Source of the DNA: an uncultured Actinomycetota bacterium | GTDB taxonomy: Bacteria > Actinomycetota > Actinomycetes > Propionibacteriales > Nocardioidaceae | Length of the DNA stretch: 64,000 nucleotides | Direction: 5' to 3' | NCBI GenBank assembly: GCA_963703415.1 | Contig: CAVPEH010000008.1 | Location: forward strand, 48,675-112,674 | Translations under genes and position numbers: made by a program | Shown: positions 55,865-64,000 of the stretch, one piece after another | Layout: every line of letters starts with the position of its first letter | Position numbering within the stretch: position 1 is the stretch's first letter | Notes under the pieces: model-generated | What the model was told of the DNA's origin: nothing | What the model saw: only the letters and a program-made list of their open reading frames with translations | The model's database searches: none

Positions 55865-56890
55865 ATGTCCCACCGCACCTCACGCCGGTCCCGCACCCGT
55901 CTGCGTCGCGCCGCGGTCGCACTCGCGGCCGTCGTCGCGTCCGCATCGCTGGCCGCCTGCGGCGGTGACGGGGCGAGCGCCGACTCCGAGACGACCGTGC
56001 TGAAGATCCCCGACCCGGGGAACGCAGGAGTCCTCGCGTACGCCAAGAAGACCGGCGCCCTGGAGAAGAGCCTCGCCGACACCGGCGCCACGGTGGAGTG
56101 GGGAGGCTCGTACGCCTCGTTCACCGCGACGATCGACGCTGTCCGGTCCGGAGACGTCAACATCCTCCCCGGCGCGATCTCCCCCGCGATCGGCTACCTG
56201 TCGACCAACGACGACCTCAAGATCTTCGCGGTCGCACCACGCACGACGGACCCGAAGGCGCCGGTCAGCGACGGGCTCGTCGTCCCGAAGGACAGCGACG
56301 TCACCGCGATCGACCAGCTCGTCGGCAAGAGCGTCGCCGTCAACAAGGGCGGTCGTGGGGAGTACCTGCTCGACCGGGCGCTCGACGCCGCCGGCATCGC
56401 GCACGACGCGGTCGAGAAGGTCTACCTCAACCCGCAGCAGGCCGCGGGCGCCTTCGCCTCGGGCAAGGTCGACGCGTGGTGGGCGATCGTCCGCGGCTAC
56501 CCGGCCGCTGTCGAGCAGGGCGCCAAGACGCTCGTCACCGCGGAGGATGTCGGTGACGACGATCTGTCGATCTACGCGGCGCGCACCGAGGTGGTGGAGG
56601 AGAACCCTGAGGCGCTCCGCGCGTTCATCACCACGATCGCCGCGCTCACCGAGGAGGCGAGACAGGATCCCGAGAAGTTCCAGAACGTCTTCACCGACTC
56701 CGGGCCGACCGCGACCTCGGGCGCCGCGCTCGCCCGCGACACGGAGGTCGAGCGCTACCGCACCCCGTACGCCGCGGTGACCGATGCGGACCTCGCCACC
56801 ATCCAGCAGGTCGCCGACTACTTCGCCGAGAACGGCCTCATCAGCCGACCGGTGGAAGCCTCGGCAGCCGCCGTGAAGCTGGGATCATGA
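55865..56890 (+). CDS. SsuA/TauA-like ABC substrate-binding lipoprotein
   Basis: Lipobox [29 protein letters not shown]. Confidence 0.9.
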   Translation: MSHRTSRRSRTRLRRAAVALAAVVASASLAACGGDGASADSETTVLKIPDPGNAGVLAYAKKTGALEKSLADTGATVEWGGSYASFTATIDAVRSGDVNILPGAISPAIGYLSTNDDLKIFAVAPRTTDPKAPVSDGLVVPKDSDVTAIDQLVGKSVAVNKGGRGEYLLDRALDAAGIAHDAVEKVYLNPQQAAGAFASGKVDAWWAIVRGYPAAVEQGAKTLVTAEDVGDDDLSIYAARTEVVEENPEALRAFITTIAALTEEARQDPEKFQNVFTDSGPTATSGAALARDTEVERYRTPYAAVTDADLATIQQVADYFAENGLISRPVEASAAAVKLGS

Positions 56891-57751
56891 CGGCCGTCGG
56901 GACAACGGCGGTCGCCGTCCCCCACACACCCACGGCAGACGTCGAGGAGCTCCAGCAGCCGCGCTTCCTGGGCTCGCGCCGACGCAGCCGCGTCCTCTCC
57001 CTCACGATCCGGTGCGCGGTCCCGGTCCTCCTGGTCGCGGTCTGGCAGCTCGCCTCCAGCCGCGGCTGGCTCGACCCTGACGTGCTCGCTCCCCCGTCGG
57101 CGGTGCTCACCGCGGCCGAGGAGCTCTGGAGGAGCGGACAGCTCGCCGACTTCCTGGCCGCGTCCGGGCGTCGCGCCGGTCTCGGGGTCTCGCTCGGCAT
57201 CGTGATCGGTCTCGTCCTCGGCGTCCTGTCCGGGCTCTCCGCACTCGGCGAGGAGCTGATCGACCCGACGATGCAGATGCTCCGGGCGGTGCCGTTCCTC
57301 GCCCTCGTCCCGCTGTTCATGTCCTGGTTCGGTATCGACGAGACGTTCAAGATCGTCCTGATCGCGGTCGCGGCGATCGCGCCGATGTACGCCTACACCT
57401 ACCTCGGCGTGCGCAACGTGGACCGCAAGGTGGTCGAAGCCGCACGCGGCTTCGGCCTCTCGGGCGTACGCCTGGTCACGTCGGTGATCCTGCCCTCGGC
57501 GCTCCCCAACGTGCTGATGGCGCTGCGGATCTGCCTGTCGATCTCGCTGTCGGGTCTGATCGCGGCCGAGCAGGTCGGCACCACCAAGGGCATCGGCTAC
57601 CTGGTCGCGCTGGCCCAGCAGTACTACCGCAACGACTACATGGTGCTGTGCATCGTCCTGTACGCCGTGCTCGGCGTCCTGATCGACCTCGTCATCCGCC
57701 TGCTCGAGCGGTACGCGATGCCGTGGCGTCGACAGCCCGGTGGCGGCCCTG

Positions 57752-57755
<4 letters not shown>
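56887..57755 (+). CDS. ssuC: SsuC-like ABC permease
   Basis: [27 protein letters not shown]. Confidence 0.9.
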
Positions 57756-58499
<744 letters not shown>

Positions 58500-58503
<4 letters not shown>

Positions 58504-59569
58504 CCGCCCTGCACCGACAGCGTCCCGACATCACGACCGCGCTCGACCCGCTCTGGTACACCCGCTGCCCGGTGCCCACCGCCAGCGGCCTCGCGTACAA
58601 CCTCGGCTGGCTCGGCGAGGAGTTCGGCGCCGACGGCATCGCGGTCGGCGTCCTGCAGGACGCCGCACCGGAGATCGCCGCCCACCACTTCGACCACCAG
58701 CTCGTCGGCCTCTTCCGCGAGGGCGGCAACGTGCCGGCCATCGCCGCCCGCGCCGACGGCTCGCCCACCCGGCTGATCGGCCTGACCTGGATCGACGAGT
58801 GGCAGGCGATCCTCGTCGCGCCCGGACTCGGATCGACCGGCGCCGCAGCGACCTGCGCGGGCTCCGCGTCGGCGCTCCCCGGGTGGGCGGCCGACCAGGC
58901 CGGCAGCTTCCCGCGGGCGATGGCGCTGCACGGCTTCGCCTCCGCCCTGCGTCTCGGCGGACCTGACCTTCGACGACGTCACCTTCGTCGAGGTCGACCG
59001 CCGGGCACGGCCGAGCCGGACCGGTCGGTGCGCCGCGAGTCTCGGGTCGACGCGCTGCGCGGCCGGCGAGGTCGACGCCGTCTACGTCAAGGGCGGCACG
59101 CTCCGCGGAGGAGGCCCGCGAGGTCGGCGCACGGACGTGCCGTCGACCTCGACCGCACGCCGGACCGCTCGGCTACGCGTCAACAACGGCACGCCCCGCC
59201 CGATCACCGTCCACGCCGCACCTCCTCGAAGAGCGCCCCGAGGTGGTGGTCCGCTTCCTCGTCCGAGACCCTGCGTGCCGCGGACTGGGCCGCCGACCAA
59301 CCTCGACGCCGTCCGCGACGATCCTCGGCCGCGAGACCGGCTCCGGCGCCGGTGGCGTCGTCGACGGCGTACGGCGACGACTTCCACCGGTCGCTGCACC
59401 CGACGCTCGACGACGAGCGGCTCGATCTGCTCGACCAGCAGCAGCACTTCCTGTACACCCACGGCTTCCTGGCCGCCGACTTCGACGTCGACTCTTGGGC
59501 GGCACACGAGCCGCTCGATGGCAGCGTCGCGCATCGCTCGCCGACGAGCTCGGCGGTGAGGCCCGATGA
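58500..59569 (+). CDS. DszB-like (aryl sulfinate desulfinase-like) periplasmic-binding-fold protein (indels)
   Basis: [35 protein letters not shown]; no signal peptide. Confidence 0.75.
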
Positions 59570-60564
59570 CGTCCGCGCATCCTGGTCGACGCTCCCGACG
59601 CGGCGACGAGCGTGGACTGGACGCACCTCGTCGTCCGTCCGAGGAGCGGGCACAGGCTCGTGCAGGCCGCGGAGGTCACCGGCGATCGACGGGGTGTTCG
59701 CACCGTACGACCCGGAGGGCGAGGAGTCGACGGTCGTCGCGGGCGACGCGCTGCGGCACACCCGGTGCGCTGGAGGCGTGCTCGAGTTCCACCCGGCTTC
59801 GTCACCCCGGTCTACGCCGCCAAGATCGCGGCCTCGTCCCAGCGCTTCCACGGTGATCGTCTCGGCTGGGCCGCGGTCGATCGAGGCATCCACCAGCCTG
59901 ACGACGGCTCCCGGCCAGGACGAGCCACGCCGACCGGTACGCGCGGGCCGACGAGTTCCTGACCGTGGCGCGCGGCGTGTTCTGGGACAACGGGCTTCGA
60001 CCACGACGGCACGCTACTACGAGGTCCTCGGCGGCGGGTTCCGAGGTCCGCTCGGCGACCTGCCGTTCCCCCGGCGTGTACCTGACGGGTACGAGCGAGA
60101 GGCGCTGGAGCTCTCGGCGCGGCACGGCGACGTGCACCTGTTCGACCTCGCCGCACGAGCGCGACGCGCACGTCGCCGACTTCTCGACGCGCTCGCCGCC
60201 GAGTCGGACGCACGGTGCCCGCCGGCCTGTCGGCTCTCGCTCCTCGCCCGCGAGGACCGCCGACGAGGCCGCGGAGCACCTCGCGCACGACGGCGTCGAC
60301 CGGTCGCCGATCTCGTGCCCCGCCGCTCGGCGCGCCTCAGTGGTGGGACGGCTTCGACCACCTCGGCCACGGCGTCGCCGGATGGCCTCGTCGGCAGCTA
60401 CGCCGACGTGGCGCCGAGCTGCGCGGTCTCGTCGACGACGGGGTCGACACGGTGGTGCTCGACGTCCGCCACACATCGAGGAGACGCTACCGCGTGCGGC
60501 GAGCACCTGCTGCCCCTCGTCCGACCGCACGACCTCGTCCTCGAGACGACAGGAGCGACCGTGA
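59566..60564 (+). CDS. LLM-class flavin-dependent monooxygenase, divergent (many indels)
   Basis: PGFVTPVYAAKIAAS..RF, RYARADEFL, GLVGSY across frames. Confidence 0.7.
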
Positions 60565-61747
60565 CCATCGACATCTACTGGCGGATCGGCATGGAGGGCG
60601 ACCAGGCCTCGCTGCGCGCACCGCGCGCGGCGAGCCGCGGCGACTGGACGCCGCACGCGGCCCGGCAACATCGCGCCGGCGCATCCGCGACGGCGAGCCC
60701 GACGGCTACAGCTACGTCGACCACATGGCCGAGGTGGCCAAGGCCGCCGAGTCCGCCGGCTTCGTCGGCGGGCTGCTGCCCGTCGCTTCCCGCGTCACCG
60801 ACGATCCGTGGGTCGCTCGCCGCCGCGCTGGCCCGCGAGACCCAGACGTACCGGTTCATGGTCGCCTTCCAGCCCGGGTTCCTGCACCCGGTGCAGGCCG
60901 CCCGGATGTCGGCGAGCCTGCAGCGAGCGACCGGCGGCCGCCTGGTCTACAACGTCATCACCGGCGGCGGCGGCCCGGCGCAGCTGTGGTGGGGCGACAC
61001 GGTCGCCCACGACGACCGCTACGCCCGGACCACCGAGTTCCTCGACGTGCTCAAGGGCGTGTGGGACGGCGGCGCCGTTCGACTACGACGGCCGGTTCTT
61101 CCAGGTCGACGGCGGCGGCCTGCCCGGCCCGTCGGCGCGCTCGCAGCCGTTCCCGGAGATCTACTTCTCCGGTTCGTCCGGCGCCGCGATCGACGCCGGC
61201 GGGCCGGCACGCCGACTACTACCTGTCCTGGCTCGAGCCGTTCGACGGCGCTCACGCGCCAAGTTCGACGGCGTCCGCGAGCGACGCGCGCGCACACGGG
61301 CCGCGACGCCGAAGTTCGCCGTCCGGATCGACGTCCTGGCCCGCGCACACCGAGGAGGAGGCGTGGGCCGAGGTCGAGCGGGGTTGGCGCTCACGTCGAC
61401 CCCGCGGCGCCGACTCGTCCGCTCCAGGGCGACTCGGTCGGCGCCGCCCGGATCACGCGCCTTCGTCGCCGGGCACCGATGCACGGTCCTACCGCGACCT
61501 CGAGGTCCAGCCGCAACGTCTGGGCCGGGTTCAACCTGCTCCGCGGCGGCCCGGCCTTCGGCCTCGTCGGCAGCTACGAGCAGGTCGCCGAGCGGCTCGA
61601 CGAACTCGTCGACCTCGGCGTCGACGCGTTCATCCTCGCCGGCGTCCCCCACCTCGAAGAGGCCTACCGCGTCGGCAGGAGGTGCTGCCGCGCGTCACCT
61701 TCCCCCGTACGAACTCACTCACCACCACCGTCAGGAGTGCTTCATGA
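60561..61747 (+). CDS. LLM-class flavin-dependent monooxygenase, SsuD-like (many indels)
   Basis: VAKAAESAGF, FMVAFQPG, YNVITGG, RYARTTEFL, YFSGSS, LVGSYEQVA..FILAGVPHLEEAYRVG. Confidence 0.88.
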
Positions 61748-62691
61748 CCACCCGCGTCGGGTTCTTCCCGCACAACAACTCGCTGTTCGTCCTGCGTCAC
61801 CGCGGCCTTCTCGAGCAGAAGCTCGACGACGTCGCCTGGGTCGATCTCCGGGAGCTGTCTCACGGCCCGAAGGTCGGAGTCCGTGACGGTCTCCCGACCG
61901 CGCACGCCGACCACCTCTTCACCGCCGAGGGGTACGACGTCATCGGCACCGGCTTCACGCCGCCGATCACCGGTCTCGGACAAGGTCACGACCTGGTCTA
62001 TCTCGGGATCTCGAGGCCCCGCGTCGAGAACGGCCGGCTGGTGACACGCGCCGAGTCCGGCATCGCGTCCGTCGAGGACCTGCGCGGCAAGCGGGTCGGC
62101 ATCGGCCACGGCTCGTGGCAGACCACGCTGCTGCTGTTCGCGCTGGACCAGGTCGGGCTCACCTGGGACGACATCGAGCCCGTCGACCTCGGTGGCCACG
62201 CGGCGGATGCCTTCCTGTCCGGCGCGATCGATGCGTGGACCGGGTCGTACCCGGAGCTCGCGGCCGTCGAGCAGCAGACCGAGGTCCTGACGCTCGTCGA
62301 GACCGAGGGTCTCTTCAGCCACCCGTCCCTGTGGTTCACCCGCCGTGACTTCGCCGTGGAGCGCACGGAGGAGCTGAAGGCGGTCATCGAGGCACTCCAG
62401 GAGTCCGACGCGCGCATCGTCGCCGATCCGCGCGAGGCCGCCGCGTACTTCGTCGCCGACGCGCAGGCCCACGGGCAGACCGCCAGCCTCGAGGCGTGGG
62501 AGCACGCGCTGGCGACCCGGCCGTTCGGCATCCACCCGGTCGACGAGGAGTTCCTCGACGAGCAGCAGCGTGCGGCCGACCTGTTGTTCGCCAACGGGCT
62601 TCTTCCCCGCGCGGTCGACGTCCGCTCGGCGGTCCTGCCGCAGGTGAACGCACTGGTGGAGGCGACGCGCGCCGCGGACGCACGCTCCTGA
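61744..62691 (+). CDS. SsuA-like fold protein lacking a signal peptide
   Basis: GTGFTPPI, SVEDLRGKRVG..GS, AFLSGAIDAW, QQRAADL; CAGGAG RBS. Confidence 0.85.
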   Translation: MTTRVGFFPHNNSLFVLRHRGLLEQKLDDVAWVDLRELSHGPKVGVRDGLPTAHADHLFTAEGYDVIGTGFTPPITGLGQGHDLVYLGISRPRVENGRLVTRAESGIASVEDLRGKRVGIGHGSWQTTLLLFALDQVGLTWDDIEPVDLGGHAADAFLSGAIDAWTGSYPELAAVEQQTEVLTLVETEGLFSHPSLWFTRRDFAVERTEELKAVIEALQESDARIVADPREAAAYFVADAQAHGQTASLEAWEHALATRPFGIHPVDEEFLDEQQRAADLLFANGLLPRAVDVRSAVLPQVNALVEATRAADARS

Positions 62692-62714
62692 CGCGTCCGT
62701 CACGATCCTGCGGG

Positions 62715-62771
62715 GCGTCGGTGCCTCAGCGTCCATCACGGCACTCGCCGTGGACGCCGAGGCACCGACGC
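62715..62771. terminator. Hairpin between convergent genes
   Basis: GCGTCGGTGCCTC..GCGTCCA...TGGACGC..GAGGCACCGACGC. Confidence 0.75.
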
Positions 62772-62778
62772 GGTCCGG

Positions 62779-64000
62779 TCAGGCGGTGACCGTCGCCTCG
62801 CCGTACGGCAGCAGCCGCACCGGCCCGACCAGGCCGGTCCGTACGCGGTTGGCCGCGCCGAACACCTCGGGCTGCGCCGTCCGCATCCGGTTGAACAGCG
62901 TGGTCGCCACCTCGATCTCGACATGGTTCACGCCGGCCCGCAGCAGGTGTCCGACGTCGAGGCGGGTGTCGGTCGGTGATGCGGCGTCGACGCGGCGGTT
63001 GTTGACCTTGACGGCGTAGGTACCGAGGACAGAGCCGAGGTCGAGGTACGCCCCGACCGTGCGGTCCCAGGTGCTGTGGCAGCGTGACCGTGGTCGTGTA
63101 GCGACCGATGCCCGAGGCGTCCTCGAGCCCGGCACCTCGCTCCACGGCACGAGCGCCTCCAGCCGGTGGACGGAGCGCACCGTGTCGGTCGTGGTGGGCG
63201 TCCTTCCCGGGCGCCAGTCCTCGACGACCAGCGTCCACGACGGCAGCGCCACGACATCGGGCATGGTCGAGAAGCGTGCCGTCCGGGTCGTGCCGTCGCT
63301 CAGCGCGACCGCGTACGCGCCCGGAGCGGACGCACGCACGACCACCGAGCGTCCCTCCAGGCGGGCGTCGGCGGCGTCCGTGTCGACCACGTGCACGGAC
63401 TTCGCGTTGCGCTTGTCGGCCCACCGGGTCGGCGCCAGGGCGATCACGGTCGACGATCCGGGCGTCAGGCGGACGCGGACGGTGAAGGAGCGACCCTCCT
63501 GGCGGTAGACGGCCAGCCGGCGGACCTCACCGGTCCACGCGTCGAGGACGAACGGCACGAGGTCTCCCCCACGGGTCGCTGTGAGCGTCACCTCCTGCTC
63601 GACGAGCGCGAGCGGGCGGTTCTCCGCGTGCCGGCCGTTGGCGAGCATGAAGAGGTCCGCGTCGGCCGTACGACGGTGCTGGTGCACCACCGTCGAGCGT
63701 TCGTGGGCGACCTGCGGCTCCACCCCGAGCGCGGCGAGCGCCGCCGGGATGTCCGCCGCGACGGCCGCGTTGCGCACGTTCGGCTGCGCGAACGCGGTGC
63801 GAACGGCCTCGGCGACGGCGGCGTCCTCCGTCGCAGTGCCCTGGCCGTCGGCGGTCGGCCGGCTCCAGTCACCGAGGAAGACGACCGGGAACCCCCGCTT
63901 CGCGAGGTCCGCGATCTTCTTCGCCGCCTCGACGGTGAGCGTCGTACGACGGCCTCGGAACGCGTCGCCCTCGACGACCATCGCCTTGTACGCGGGTCCC
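62779..64000 (-). CDS. Glycoside hydrolase C-terminal part (GH106/GH2 sugar-binding-like; runs off right edge; indels near 63100)
   Basis: LDAWTG, SGIGRYTTT, YLDLG..VKVN, GVNHVEIEVATTLFN, GLVGPVRL. Confidence 0.75.
   Translation of the reverse strand, partial: GPAYKAMVVEGDAFRGRRTTLTVEAAKKIADLAKRGFPVVFLGDWSRPTADGQGTATEDAAVAEAVRTAFAQPNVRNAAVAADIPAALAALGVEPQVAHERSTVVHQHRRTADADLFMLANGRHAENRPLALVEQEVTLTATRGGDLVPFVLDAWTGEVRRLAVYRQEGRSFTVRVRLTPGSSTVIALAPTRWADKRNAKSVHVVDTDAADARLEGRSVVVRASAPGAYAVALSDGTTRTARFSTMPDVVALPSWTLVVEDWRPGRTPTTTDTVRSVHRLEALVPWSEVPGSRTPRASVATRPRSRCHSTWDRTVGAYLDLGSVLGTYAVKVNNRRVDAASPTDTRLDVGHLLRAGVNHVEIEVATTLFNRMRTAQPEVFGAANRVRTGLVGPVRLLPYGEATVTA

Overview
High-GC actinobacterial chromosomal segment; gene content suggests a Nocardioidaceae-like lineage (inference). 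The backbone is the conserved actinobacterial block dxs ... acnA ... TRAM RNA methyltransferase, APC/KimA-like permease, trkA x2, DUF3159, OB-fold, DUF3710, dut, DUF3093, DUF4193, suhB, hemH, sepH. It is followed by assorted regulators and transporters, cspA, nfeD-SPFH, EF-G2, a PepX-like peptidase, an organosulfur-scavenging cluster and the 3' end of a glycoside hydrolase. Several blocks (about 19.6-25.0 kb, 28.2-30.0 kb, 43.2-45.9 kb, 57.7-61.7 kb) are dense with indels that look like assembly or polishing errors, so gene boundaries there are approximate. Most notable: (1) a ~5 kb island (Thg1-like 3'-5' polymerase remnant, truncated IS3, ABC exporter) lying between fragments of a fic gene; (2) a 6C-like small RNA candidate with C-rich loops, directly behind a perfect 32-bp palindrome; (3) a sulfur operon with two signal-less periplasmic-binding-fold proteins, one DszB-like, plus two LLM monooxygenases and shared upstream motifs; (4) a GAF regulator whose divergent operator region leads only into hairpins; (5) TamR-type and iron-box-like sites plus a 60-bp REP-like array at the acnA promoter. 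No rRNA, tRNA or CRISPR array was seen.
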